A stretch of 64,000 bases of DNA, taken from NCBI GenBank assembly GCA_043228905.1, contig JBHGNT010000070.1, forward strand, positions 1 through 64,000, written 5' to 3'. Shown piece by piece: positions 50,570-64,000 of the stretch; position 1 is the stretch's first letter, and every line of letters starts with the position of its first letter. The translations under genes were made by a program, and so were the position numbers. The notes under the pieces were generated by a model that saw only the letters and a program-made list of their open reading frames with translations, made no database searches and was not told where the DNA came from. Source of the stretch: Azolla caroliniana (Eukaryota > Plantae > Polypodiophyta).

Positions 50570-53500
50570 GCATCTGTCGAATAACATGTGGGATGCATTT
50601 GATTACCAACCGTACTTGATGCAAGAAACCTCGAAAATGCGCCCTCGAACCATCAAATTTAGATGAGAGGCTGATTTTGGGCTCAATGATAATTCCTTGA
50701 CCTTTGACCTCATTGGCATGGAGCTTGTTTCAACCCATAGAAGATTTTCTTCAGTCGACACACCAAGTTCTCTTTCCCTTTCTCCACAAAGCCTTCAGGC
50801 TGCTACATGTAGATCTCTTCATATGGATGTCATCTTCACGACTGGTGCGAATATTTCGTCGAAGTCAATTTATGTTGAAACCCCTTCACCACAATGTGGG
50901 CTTTGTACCTAGGTGTGCTACCGACTTCTCTAGTCTTCACCTTGTAGACCCATTTGTTTCTGAGTGCTCTCTTACCTTTTGGTAGTTCTACCAGGTCATA
51001 GGTGTACTTCTCATGCAAGGAGTCCATCGCATGTTGCATTACACTCAACCATTTCTCCTTGTGCTCATTAGCTAAGGCTTCTCCATAGCACTCCAGCTCA
51101 CCTTCATCAATCAAGAGGATGTATTGACAGGCATATGTCATCGGTGCTCTCCTTTCTCTGAGTGGGTATCTTCTTCCACTCGTTTCGGCACCAATTCGGA
51201 TGTCTCTGTCGACTCTTCTCTCGGCTCGGGTTCGTATGTGTCGATCGATCATTGGGGTTTAGCCGATTCTGACTTGTAGTCCTCAATCAACTTTAATAGG
51301 TCCGTCGATTTCGACTCATCTGTATTTTTTGGTTGCTCCGAGTCGACCAACTCAGATTCGGTTGTGCCAACTGTGTCGGTTCGCCTTGCCTTAAGTCAGT
51401 GGTAATGGGAAGTTCATTCCGACTTTCGTTGCTTCCAGTCCTCAATCATCTTGTCTTCTAAGAAGACCACGTCCTGACTCCTCACTACTTTCTTATCGAC
51501 TAAGTCCCATTGTCTGTATCCAAACTTGTCCTCCCGAGTATCCCATGAAGATGCATGGTTTTGACTTGTTGTCAAGTTTCGACCTCTTATCCTTAGCCAC
51601 ATGCATATACACTAAGCATTCGAACACCCTTAGGTATCGGTAGGAGACATTCTTTCCCGTCCACACCGCTTGTGGGACATCACCTTTAAATGGTGCTAAG
51701 GGAGACCTATTGATAAGATAAACAACCGTGTACATCACCTTAGCCGAATACGATTTTGGCAATTTAGCATGAGAGAGCTTGCTCCTTACTCTCTCCATGA
51801 TTGTTCGATTCATCCTCTCTGCAAGCCCATTCAACTCATGGGTCTTTGGTACATTGTATTCGATTCTAATACCCAGGGCCTTGTAGTATTCCTCAAACTT
51901 CCCTTATTCGCCACCATTGTCTATTCGAACAACCTTCAACTTCCAACCCAACTCTCATTCAGTTCTTGCCTAGAACTCCTTGAACATTGACAATACTTGG
52001 TCCTTTGACTTCAATACAAAGGCCCATGTCTTCCGACTATAGTCATCGATAAATGTTACGAAGTATTGTCCACCTCGATGCATTGGAGCATCTACATAGC
52101 ACACATCTGTGTGCACTAGCTCCAGTGCAACTTCTCTTCTTCTTGGTAGTCTTGTGTGGGATGTTGTCTTGTTCTGCTTCCTAACTAGGCAATTGACACA
52201 TTTCTCCAAGAGTACTCCTTTCACTTTAGGAGAAGTTCCTGATCGGCTAGGATGAGCATTCCTTTTTGACCCATGTGCTCAAGCCTCTTATGCCATAACT
52301 CTCCACTCAAGTCGGCTGCCACATTTTCTTCCAACTTGCACAATCGAGCATGCATCATATACAGTGTGCCCTCTTTCTGTGCTCTGGCCACTATGAGATT
52401 TCCACAACAGAACTTTCACTTACCATTCAAGAAACTACCACTGTAGCCTTTGTCATCCAACCTTCTAGTCGATATCAAATTCAATCTGATATCGAGGACA
52501 TGTCGAATTTCCCTCATCATCAGTCGACAACCAATCGACGTCATCAGGCACACGCTTCCAATGTCGACTATCTTGCATTCTCCTTGATCTCCTATCTTTA
52601 CATAGCCATGATCCTCAGCTACGTAAGTCGAAAAACAGTCTCTCAACAGAGTTATGTGGAATGATGCACCCAAGTTGATTACCCAGGTACACTCTTCGCT
52701 TGCAAGATTTGTGCTTGCCTGCTCACAAATGAACATAATCTCCTTTGCACTCATAGCTACAGCGGATGTGCCCTTTTCATCAGGAATCTTCATGGGTTCG
52801 ACATTATTGCCAACAATCTTGTCCTTCTTGAGGTGTCGACGGTCCTTTTAGAAGTGTCCAAGCTTTCTACAATAAAAGCATGTTAGCTTACCTCTGGCCT
52901 TGGATCTGGCATGAGACTTTTCTCTCCTTGGTGAACTCTTTTGCTAGTTCCTTCCTCTTCGGGTGTGTTGAGTCAGGTTTGACTCCGACTGGGACGGGAC
53001 ACTCTTGTCCTTCCTTCTTCTTGTCTCCTCATTCAAGATGCTTATCTTTACCACTTGTAGAGACAAGTTTTCTTCTTGACACGAGGTGCTAAGAGTCACC
53101 ACCAAGTTCTCCCAGTTGTCTGGCAAGGTACACAATAGCAAGATGGCCTGCACTTCATCTTCAAGGGGAAACTTAGTTACCACAAGTTGGTTCACAAACC
53201 CCATGAATGTGCTTACGTGCTTGACTATGCTTTCAGCCTCAAAATCTTTCTCATCAAGGATGTTTTTGTTGAGGGCGTTCTTCCTCTCATATAGACATGA
53301 TAGCTTCTGCCACATCTCATAGGCATTTTTGTCGTTTGCAACATGTTGCAGGACACTTACATCGATGCATTGTCGAATGGTGGCCATTGCCTTCCTATTA
53401 AGAAGTTTCCATTCCGACTCTAATAACCCCATGGGTATTTCTGCTCTATCAATTGGCTCGTACAGATCTTTGACTATGAGAAGGTCCTCCATCTTTATCT

Positions 53501-54177
53501 TCCAATCTACATAGTTTTGAGAGTTTAGAACCATCATGTCTGGGAAGCCACTCACACCTTCCATCTTCAACCCTGCTTTGATACTAGTTTGTAGAGTTTC
53601 GTTCCCTTATATTCGTGAGAAAGACAGAAAAACAACAAAAGCACAGAAAACACAGATTTACGTGCAAACGCTAAACGGGGAAAACCACGGGAGAAAATAT
53701 CTTCACTATATAGTGGATATACAAGACGATGAGATTACAACACTCTCCTTCCATAGAGTGTAACAACCTCACAAGGCACTTGACGTCTAAGCTCACTCAG
53801 CTATGGCGTCGTTCCTTCTCTCTCACGCGCTCTCTCTTCTCTGTCACACTCTACGACAAAAGACTCACATCTATTATATTCCACCTTGTTAAACTCTATG
53901 TTTTCCCTAAGTGTATTTATACTTATACAGTGTATGGGCCATTTACAAATGTAGTCATTGCTACTATCATTCCTATTATAACAATAATAGTTATTCAGCC
54001 AACGGGATTCGACTAGTCGACTTCAGTGTCGACTGTCCAAACGGCCTGACTAGTCGATCGTGTCTTCGACTTGGACTTTCCCGTTGTCGACTCCCCCATT
54101 CGACTCTCCATGTCTTCAATTGTTGACACTCAGCACGATCAATCGATTGCACCCATAGGAGGGACATATTCCTAACA
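50570..54177 (-). mobile_element. 3'-truncated Copia: 5' LTR (53590-54177), PBS, gag, protease, integrase, start of RT
   Basis: Minus-strand LTR TGTTAGG...CTCTACA followed by AACTAGTATCAAAGC (PBS-like). gag NYVDWKIKMEDLL; WVINLGASFH; LELVHTDVC; NGLAERMNRTI; NKWVYKVK. Confidence 0.88.
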
Positions 54178-54699
54178 ACTTCTACACATTAACCTTTTGT
54201 AGGTCTCCAAGAAGACGTTGATTCTCTAATTCAAGTGATGCGAACTTGGTTTTAAGATTCTCCATTTCTACAAGAAGGGTGAGATATTCTTCTGAGTTGA
54301 CATCGACCATGGTTTCGTGATGTTTATAGAGGAGGATAAAGGAGAGAAAATTTGAATCAAATAGTCAAAACCAAGAATAAAAGATAGAGTGATGGAAGAA
54401 GGATATAAGAGAACATGAGAAGAAAAGGGACAAAATGATAAGACAAGAATGGGTGTATTAAGATAGAAAAAGAAAGAGAATGGATACAAGATATGCAATG
54501 AGAGCTAAAGACTAGTGTTGATTCAAATTGGTTTGAGAATAATTGTATGTTTATATTTATAGGTTCCTATAGAATAGCTTAGAGATTTCTATAATGTTCT
54601 AGAATGTTCTACACCTAGAACATTCTAAGATGTTCTCGAATCTTCTAGAATGTTCTAGAGTATTTACAATAATCAGTCACAAAAAGTAGTTTTTGTCAT

Positions 54700-56150
54700 T
54701 TCATATGACCATAGGCTATCTTAATGGTTGGGTTCTTGATTATGTATTACAAGGTCTTGGGTTCAAGGCCAATTGAAGCCATGATGTTTATGTATTCATG
54801 TCACTCTTTTTCTCTCTATTTGACTTACACACACACAGTCTTTCTTCCGCTACACAAGAACACCTACACTCTCCATTTCTTTACATGGTATTAGAGCGTG
54901 TAGTAGTCTGATTTGCTCAATTGTGTTGTGTTGCTCACCGACGATCAAATACAACCAGGCCAATGACAAAGAAGAAAAACCACACAATGAACACTCATAT
55001 GGGAAGCGCTCTATCCACCGAAAAACTAGACAAATTGCACTTTGCATCCTGGGAATACAAGGTGCAGCAATACCTTGTCGGTCAAGGCTATTGGAGCTAT
55101 GTCGAAGGAGCTCAAGAAAATGAACCTAACTCGACACATGCCGACTACCCAAGTTGGGAGAAAGCAATGAGTCACGTGTTGTACAACCTAGCATCATGCG
55201 TTCATGATCACATGGTTGGCTACATTCGAGAGGCAAAAACATCAAAAGAAGCCTAGGGGAACCTCACGAAGATTTTCACAGTCAACACGGTTGAATGAAA
55301 GCTTCAACTCCGTTAGGAGTTAAACAATATTCAATAAAGGGATATGTTGATCACTAACTCTACCTTGAAGATCAAGGAGTTGTGTGACACCCTCAGATCG
55401 ATCAACGTCATCATCAATGATGATGAAATGGTCCAGATAAGTCTCGGTGGTTTAGCACCATGATTCAACGCAATTAGATTGGCCATCCTTGCAAGGGAGA
55501 ATTCTCCCTCATTTTTCGACCTTTAGTCGATATTGTTGGTCGAAGAAAATCACGTCTGATCAAGGAGCAATGTGTCAGATGGTCAAATGCTCTACTCCCA
55601 GTCGGATAAGGGAAGAGGATTGGTCGAGGCAACAGAGGTTGATTCAGAAGATGCATACATGGTCAGTCGACCCGAGAACACAACTCCCATCATTGGCGAG
55701 AGACCAGAAACACACAAAGGGAGTTCGACAGAAGGGGGAGTCATCTTGCCGAACCAAGTCACCAAAACAGTCCAATCGAATGCGGGTACTATGGAAACCT
55801 TGGCCACTACGAAGAGGAGTGCCAAAAGAAGAAACGAGAGTCGGGTTCAACCAGCCAACAACTCACGAACTATGCCATGAATTCCGACTATGAAGACCAT
55901 GGCGGACTATTTGTAATGAGGCATAAAGCACACTCAATGTCAACGCAAAGTCCGACCAGCACCTTTGGTTCAGACAATATATGGTTTGTCAACTCTAGAG
56001 CATCCAATCACATGATGTCTCACGAAGATTGGTTTTGAGAGTTGCAAAATCCCAATCGACCTAGCTATGTTGAAACTAGGGGTGACAAAATTCACCCCAT
56101 TCAATGTGTCAGAAATGTCTCGCTCAAGAACGATGGTAATCTAACCCGGA
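54700..56150 (+). mobile_element. Copia 5' fragment: LTR end, PBS, gag, protease start (pseudogenised)
   Basis: ...TTACA|TGGTATTAGAGC at 54885/6; EKLDKLHFASWEYKVQQYL; zinc-knuckle remnant; WFVNSRASNHM. Left boundary is approximate. Confidence 0.8.
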
Positions 56151-56689
56151 TGTACCACAACGAGACGAGTTTTTATTTATATAGAACGGGAATGAAGAAA
56201 ATTCGTAAAACGCTTCCCATTCGGAATGGAACACCGACCCAACCCCCTCGGATTCAAATAAGATCTTAGCGCATGAGTCTGCGGGGATTTTGAAATCGTT
56301 TTTCAATCTTGTTGTTAGTAGATGATGTGGATCTTGCTTGTTAGATACTTTCCAAGAAAATGATGAATTAGAACCAATCTTGTAAATATCAATTCTATTC
56401 TCGCTTCTCTGTACCTTCTCTCCTTGATGCTTCTCTCCTTCAAGAGCCACCCGTTTAGGGCTGGAAGTGTAGTAGGCAAGCACCAATAGTAGAATCTTAG
56501 TAGACCCAAAGGATCAAGTCGACAAGAGTTTCCTCTAACACCTAGGCAACAAAGACAATGTGACATCTACAGAAAGTAGCGGCCAAAATTAACCGCAATA
56601 GTAAGTATTCCAACTCACATATGTCTTGTTGTACCTATGAGATTGTTGCTCTACCATTAATGGAGATGATGAGGTTAATTATTTCGAGT

Positions 56690-57005
56690 GTCAAGCTAAG
56701 AGCATGTAGTAGGGTTGTTGTGACATGAAACAAAAGGGCTTGAGTTCTCAATGGGTGTTCCTTCATGTGTAGCCATGAGGGAGACTCTTTTGCTACATTA
56801 TCAAGAGATTAAGTCCGAGACAACGCATTCAACTAATTATTTAGAATGTGAGGCTGAGCGCACATAGTAGGGTTGTTGTGACATGAAACACAGGGCCTTG
56901 AATTCTCAATGGGTGTCCGTTCATGTCAGGATTCCGTGTGCAACTATGACAGGGACTCTTTTTCTGCATCATCAAGAGATTTAATCCGAGACAACGCATT
57001 TGAGT
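56690..57005 (+). repeat. ~160-bp imperfect tandem duplication
   Basis: TAGTAGGGTTGTTGTGACATGAAACA...ATCAAGAGATT..TCCGAGACAACGCATT occurs twice. Confidence 0.75.
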
Positions 57006-58582
57006 AACTACAATCGTGCTTAGATTCCATTGAGTGTGGAAGACATCCAAGATCCTATCCATCTTCATTAATTTTAGTATCTCCATTTCTCTGTAAAAGG
57101 GACAACTCATCAAATTTGACTGACCTACTATAAACTACTTCTCTAGTGGCGAGGAGTTTTTCAAGAATAGGCATATTCTACCATGTCCCGCAAGCTCATG
57201 AAAAAACATGCTTCTATTTCCCCCAATGTAGTACCGAATCCATGGTGATCAATCACTACATAGATTTCCATGATCCATGACACGATGACCAACACTTTTG
57301 CATCAAACAAGATGAAGAGATATGCAAAATGCAAAGCATATGAAAAATGCAAAGGGTCGAGGTATTTAAGGAATCTCACCTTTCAATGGTTTATGAAAAC
57401 ATTGTAGGAAAAGAAACCACTAGGAGATGTGCATTGGGTGGGTTGGGTCGTTGTATTTCCTAATGGATTGTAGGTGAAGGTTTGGAGACTCTACGTATAG
57501 CTATAATAGTTATCACCGTCATTAGTATTGGTTGTAGAAATCTATAGTAGCCTTCTACTTCTAGTAAAACACATGGTAGAAGTAGGATTTGTTTTCAAGA
57601 ACCAAACTTTCAATGAAATTTTACAATTCAAAACAAAAGTATGATTGTGTAATTGGAAGGGATATAATATGTATAGCACTCACTGTATACATTTTTTAAC
57701 CTATGAATTACAAGTCCTTTCTTATGACCACAAAAGCATCCAAAAGGCTAGAATTTCTTCCCCAATGCATGAGTAACCAACGAGATATGTACTATGACTA
57801 ATTTGGAAATCGGAATACAGCATATGTCAAGGTACTTGCCAACGATACATTACATAACTCTTTTACAATTCTCTCTGATGAATGAATGAATGAATATGTA
57901 CTTGGCTTTTCCCATAGCTGCATGAAGAATAAAGCTAAAAGCATAATAAAACTTGGCTTCCCACGGCTGCATGAAGAATATTTTTCTCCATTATCTTTTG
58001 GTTTAAAATAAAGCATGGTGCTGTTGAAATTGGGAAGTCTTCAATTTTCAACAGGCAAAGAGAGAGGGGTGAATTTCAATTCAGCAGCAAACACGCACAG
58101 TTATGAAATGAATCAAAATGTAACCACAAATATACTTTGCTCAAAAAACCTGCTACTACTCCATTCTAAGGACTAAACCTTCTTATTTCATACTTGGGCC
58201 ATATTCATTATCATATTAATATATACCCCCTAGGGCTCTTCTATTTCAAGTTAGCTTCATATCTGCATCCCATTTCAAGTTATAAGCTTTCAGATGCTAT
58301 TGAAAATACATACTCTGTTTTTATACTTTTTTTTTACCAAGCGTCTTTTGCTGTAATAAATCATTCATTTAAAAAAAGAAAAAAAAATTAGAAACTCAAA
58401 CAATAAGTAAAAAAAGACTCAGAAAATATAAAAAATAAAGGGACAAAAACATCAGACAAAAAAAAAAGCAGCAAACGACAGTTTTTATATTTTTGTTTTT
58501 TTTCCTTCTTTTTTTTTCTTTATTATCATCCTTTTTCGTCCGGACATCAGGAAAGAAAGAAAAACGACAGGCCTCAGGTGCC

Positions 58583-58800
58583 TGCCACGTGGCAAGCAAT
58601 CATTGTTGTGCTGACGCGGTGCCACGTGTCAGAAAACGCAGAGAGAAACGCAAACGAATTTGCACCAAACGCAGAAAGCAGAGAAACGCAAATCCCCCCC
58701 CCAGAAAACGCAGGGGGCAGGCAAACGCACAAACATTTGGGGCCGAAAACGCAACGCAAAGGAAATGCGTTTGCCAACACATTTCCCCTATAAAATCTTG
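58583..58800 (+). promoter_or_regulatory. Putative promoter: two G-box/ABRE motifs, an AAACGCA cluster and a TATA box
   Basis: TGCCACGTGGCA at 58583-58594, GCCACGTGTC at 58621-58630, CCTATAAAA at ~58787. Followed by (AACCCT)n and a (CT)n tract in the leader. Confidence 0.6.
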
Positions 58801-58863
58801 CAACCTCCTAACCCTAACCCTAACCCTAACCCTAATTCCCGATTTTCTCCAGAATAGCACACC

Positions 58864-58900
<37 letters not shown>

Positions 58901-59041
58901 TCTCAATCCCTCAATCCCTTGCATCCATCTCTATCCCCATCCCATCTGCCACATTTCCCCTATAATATCCTGCAAACCTATAATTCTAACCCTAATTCCT
59001 CCTTACAAGCTAGCTCACTCCAATCCAATCCAATCCAATCC

Positions 59042-59797
59042 ATGGATATGCGCCTACCAACCCATTGCTCCTCCTCCTCCTCCATTGCTGTCAACACTCG
59101 TCACCACCAAGAGGTTGCAGCAATTGAGCAGCGAATCATGAATATTGCTGCGAGTCCTCTCCAGAATTCGATTCCAGTCTTGGTGGACCTGCTGCACAAA
59201 CTTCAGCCACTCATCCGGCTCCAGAAGGACGTCCACATTCTCACCGACACCCGCATTGGCAAGGCCGTCCACAAATTAACCAAACACCCTTCTCCCGCCA
59301 TCGCCCCCCTCGCCAAAGCCCTCATCTCTGCGTGGAAGAAGCTCCTCCACCATCACAGCAGCAGCGGCAGCTATGAAGAGAAGATGCAGATTACAAAGCG
59401 GAAGCTAGCTGCTGGTTATGAGCGAGAGCTTTTGGCAAAGCGGCAACGCACCATCTGCCTCCTCCAGCCAGAAGAACTACAGGAGCAACAATTGGGTCAT
59501 CATCACCTGGTCCACAAGCAGCAACATACACTTAGGAAATGGAGGAAGGCCAAACCCAATATACTCAGTCGGATGCGGGTCGCTGCATTATCCTCTTCTT
59601 CAAAGGAAAAGAAGCGGCTGTTTCAGCAGCAACACAAGGTCATGGAGGTGAAAAGGAGTCTGCCACAGCAGCGACAACAGCAGTTCGACAGCCTTGAATC
59701 CGGCAATTACAAGATTATCCGGAAATCCAAGTTTAAATTTGTCATTAAGAAGCTTCGGCCTCACCACAGCGTCCCTAGGCATTCACAGTCTCCTTAG
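59042..59797 (+). CDS. MED26-like / TFIIS N-terminal (LW) domain protein, intronless, ~251 aa
   Basis: LTDTRIGKAVHKLTKHPSPAIAPLAKALISAWKKLL fits TFIIS-N. EEKMQITKRKLAAGYERELLAKRQRTI resembles the C-terminal motif of plant MED26-like proteins. ATG at 59042 follows the TATA box and CT tract; the upstream ORF extension is low-complexity. Confidence 0.8.
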   Translation: MDMRLPTHCSSSSSIAVNTRHHQEVAAIEQRIMNIAASPLQNSIPVLVDLLHKLQPLIRLQKDVHILTDTRIGKAVHKLTKHPSPAIAPLAKALISAWKKLLHHHSSSGSYEEKMQITKRKLAAGYERELLAKRQRTICLLQPEELQEQQLGHHHLVHKQQHTLRKWRKAKPNILSRMRVAALSSSSKEKKRLFQQQHKVMEVKRSLPQQRQQQFDSLESGNYKIIRKSKFKFVIKKLRPHHSVPRHSQSP

Positions 59798-61454
59798 GTT
59801 TACATAGGAGCACAGCCTCCCTAGACATACATACATCTCTTGTTTTGTAAATCGAAGACTGTTCATTAATCGATGAAGTTTCTTTGATAACTTGTCTCTC
59901 ACCATCATATAAAATGGTCTCCTGCTTATTAAAATTGTACCTACTAATTTGCTACCTTCTTATGTTTCGTGGCTAATAAATGGACGATCATTTGGTAACA
60001 AATCATGTCTCTCTGTCTCCTGAAACTTATGACTCTTGCATCCTTTTTTATCATTCATCACCTTGTTTATGATCTTTTTTGTCTCAATCTAATAATTACT
60101 TCTGTCAAAATCTGAAGCTCCATTGTACGAGAAACTCAGATATTGAGCAGAAATGTGATTTGCAACGACCATCTCTTTTCTATCAACACTCTTTCGTTCC
60201 TAATTTCTAACAGACACATTTCCATATGTTGTCGAATCTAAGCTTTCCTCCCAAGCAGATATTTGAGCCTTCATCAAACTCATCATCTAATTGAAGTGGG
60301 AATTGGTATGAGTGACCGACCAATCACTGAACTATGCCCAACTACAAGATGACAATCTATAGTATTGAAATCTTGGAGTTTTGGATGACCATTGACACCG
60401 TCTACTTGATGGGATGAGTCATGGTTCCCAGTCAGGAGTTGAACGAGAGATGGGAAATAGGGGTGATTCAAGCAAATCATGATGAGGGTGGGCGAGAATA
60501 TGTGAACCACACGAATGACATGCGTGGTAGTACCAAACTTATTCTTGTCTTGGCTCATTGCTAGAGTACATCATATCATTTTCGGCACACCAATCCTGTA
60601 TTTTGTATGGGCGACATTAGATCATGTAAGAACAATTCACGGGCCAACAAATGGATTGAGTACTAATTAGCAATCAAAGATTATCAATAGGCATAATATT
60701 CTTGGAAAGCTTTGATAATCAATATGAGATTCAGTGTTTCTGTCATCACAGGAAAGCTTTGATTCAATCATTGATGCAGCATTGGGGCCAGATCTTAACT
60801 CCTCTATATGTAAAATTGGAACTCTGAAGTAATTCCCTGGAATCCTCAATCCTGACCTTCAAGGTTGTTGTACATGGCTTTGAAATGTTATAGACAGTAT
60901 ATCACGTGATGCTAACCATAGAATCACTTGTATCACATGAATGAGTTAAGTAGGTTTTGCCCATTCTTCTTGCTACTATCCACATTTGTATGCATATCAG
61001 AATACTATAATGAATTGATGCCATTAAGATAAACAAGCCTCACTGAAAGTATTGTTAAGGTATGATACCATAGATATACAATGCTGAACAATACGGTAGT
61101 ATATTTATAGTGTTTAAAGATGCATATTATTTGATACAATAGCTTTGATACGAATCACTAAATTAAGGACAAATTGCATGTGATGCTCAAATTCTTGAAG
61201 CCTATTGCAACTTGGAATTGGCCATTACATTTTGACCTTCAACATCAATGTCTTCTCTTTTCGTATTTGTGGTAGATGCTTAGTGTGAATTAACTTCCTC
61301 TTTTCTTGGCACAACATTTATGTCGTGATTTGGCTAGGTTATTCAAATAGATGGGGAACATTTGGATTTATAAATATACAATATGTAAAAAGAACTATAA
61401 AAACACATGGTCATGCACTTGTCCCGACTTGAAGTGTAGCCATTCAAGCACCAA

Positions 61455-61650
61455 ACATCACCATGCCCTTACTTGACGACATCCCCAAAAAGGGATGATC
61501 TGAAGTGGATAAGGACAAGACCCTTGTTGGAGATGGTTGTAGGTGCTTTGTGGCAAATGACATTGCTGATTACAACAAGGTGCCGCATAGATTAGAAGAC
61601 GCATACCTAACGTTCTCGGGTGAGAAGTCTCCATTTGGTCAATCACAGAT
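61455..61650 (+). pseudogene. Small Gypsy RT relic, same family as the 41-49 kb element
   Basis: TMPLLDDIP..DGCRCFVANDIADYNKV..LTFSGEKS resembles TMPFLDDIPIKG..DGCRRFVADHISDCEKI. Confidence 0.7.
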
Positions 61651-64000
61651 TCCCGTAATACCTATATATACACGCCTGCGTAGACACACTATAGTAATTG
61701 TAACACTTGAGAAAAGACCAAAGGTGGGGGAGTAGCAGTAGAGAATTGACGTGGTGGTATTTCTGTGTTCCATTTCCATGGGATGGGATGGGATGGTGCT
61801 CTCCTTTTCCCCCCTTCTTCTCTCTCCATGTGTAATGCAAGAGTCTCATGAGTGTGTCTGTCTGTGTCTTGGCCAATCTATGCAACGTATACCCTTGTTG
61901 TTCATAAACTCGGAAACTATGTATCATTGCACTTAGACCTTGTGTCATTATTCTAGATTTTGTTACCAACATACTTAAGTTTCTGTATATGGAAACATTC
62001 AAGCTTTGATATTTAGGTTTGAGGGACAAATTTACTAACATGACAACAATTCCATCTCTAATAAGAAAAGTTCAAAATGTCTATCTCAATGTAGGATTTA
62101 TTTATTTTTAATAAGATTTCATCGAAGAATATGCTTCCGTTAGGTTGTCTGGAAATTATCATTAATGATACCTAATGATAACTAATGATGTTGTCTAGAA
62201 GACCATGGCATACATGCTATCAAGGTGACGTGCTTTTACAATTGATTCGTAAACATTCTTCATAGCATATTATGTATCATTCTGGCATTGAGTTCAGTAT
62301 GCCTATGCCGTCAGAAATGGTTCATTACCTACTGCAATGTATCTGTAATGTATTTTCAAAGAAGTATATAAGCAGAGATTAGCGGATTATTCATAAATTT
62401 CTTAGCATCATATATATATAATTCTGAGGCTAAATTTTGAATGTAACAAGAGATGGTTGGTTTCATAAGGCATCAATTTCATCTCAATTCTAAGAAAAAG
62501 CAATGTTTTGACACCTTCATAGATAAAAGAAGACGAAATGATCAGAGTTATAATTTGGATCAGTGCATAGTCACAAATGAATCTGTTCTAAAAGCAATAT
62601 TGGGCATACTCCATGGGAACATTGTGTTTTTCATATACATAATCTAGCAGATCGACTAATTGGGACAACATTGATGCATAAATAAATTACACTGCAATAG
62701 GAACCATAATAAGATCCTACAACTGCAGACCCAAGCTACACATATTGCACAAATTGGGAGTACTCTAATTTCAATTATTTGCTAAGTTACACACATACGA
62801 TTCATAACATCTAGATTGACATTTCATTCTGCTGCAATCAAGTCATTATCGATATTTCTCGCTTTATTCTGATTACGATGGCTACGGAGCTAGTCGAGAC
62901 AACGTCGAGGTTCTTACTGACCAAGTGTTTGACCAAGAGGTAAGAGAACCATAAAGGAGTATAAGATGTGAATAATATTCATGTATGCTGCTTTTCTGCA
63001 TAATGCGAAAGTAATTGATAGCAGAAAGATAAACTCTTTGGTACCTGATGGCAAAAGCTTCTATATTTATTGCAAGTTGCGGTGAGATAATATATATAGA
63101 AAGATATATAAATTCCACTCGGTGAATACGAGAGTAACGTTTGAATCCGGTTGGAGTCTTGACGGCAATGTCCCTTGAAATGTCATAAGAAAGAAACAAT
63201 GTTGTGCTTGACAACAGCAAATTACTGAGAACAACGTGGCGAAAGGAAAGTTTCGTCCATCTTCCATTTAACAACATCGTACACTCTTATCATTATGTTT
63301 CCTTCAGAACGCAACTTTCTTCCGCAAACTCTTCCAGATCATACTAATCATTTACGTTGTACGTCTTTTTGTGCTGAATTGTCCTTCTGTAAGCAGCAAA
63401 ATGCAACGGCAATGGATTGATGATGAGTAGATCAGATTAAATAGCAAGGTCCTGGAAATGTGATCGAATAAGAGAATCTAATGCTGAAAACCTAGGTTCT
63501 TGGGGACGAACACAGAGAAAAGAAAAGCTTCGTCGCACATATATAAATCACTAAAGGAGCAAACTAAACGATTTTCTATCTTGTGTATACGGCAGATCAA
63601 TGCATAACAAAGAATGTTGAAGATCCTGGATCAAGGATGGAGAGGCGTTATGACACGGAGACACAGAGAAAAGCCACTGTCTAATAATCAACAAGCCCCA
63701 TAACTGCAGCAGGTTCTGCGGTATAGAGTTAATTGTTCACACGGAAAATGGTGCACTCCTAACAGTTCCTCCCATTCTCAAATAATCTCAAAGCTCACAC
63801 TCTAGACTCTTACCAAGATTTCTAGATAATGCCAGCTCTTTGAATCTTTGACCGTATTTTAACGCGTTTTTGGGAAAATTCCCCTTCGATTGCCACGTGT
63901 ACTACGCATTATTGCACAAAAGTTCCGAATCATGCTATTTATTTGATGTTTAGCTCGTTTCTGATCGAGTTCTTCTTCCGTAAGAAGTTAAGTGAGCGAC

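Noticed and set aside
58493-59041. N-terminal 183 aa of the 434-aa ORF
   Set aside because: It starts at TTG and runs through the promoter, TATA box and microsatellites (LTLTLT, LSLSLS). ATG 59042 is more plausible.
60283-60849. Short minus-strand ORFs downstream of the MED26-like gene
   Set aside because: No recognisable domains and no consistent splice model.

Overview
Repeat-dense plant genomic DNA. The Tcn1-like chromoviruses, fungal-like Gypsy and Copia families suggest a moss or other early land plant (inference). About 56 kb is a nest of mostly decayed LTR retrotransposons (Copia, Gypsy, solo LTRs) plus a LINE fragment, followed by one intronless MED26/TFIIS-N-like host gene (59042-59797). 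The standout is an apparently intact 12,339-bp cut-and-paste DNA transposon (8284-20622) with 25-bp TIRs and an AGCT target-site duplication, inserted in the gag of a Copia element. It encodes a spliced ~863-aa Sola2-like DDD transposase. It also carries a convergent multi-exon cargo gene (unknown N-terminal domain, coiled coil, RING-H2-like finger) and a degenerate FCP1/SCP-like HAD phosphatase exon. Its large introns are filled with arrays of the palindrome TAGCTAATTAGCTA, which contains the AGCT target tetramer and also sits next to both TIRs. Family assignments come from motifs recognised by eye, not from database searches.
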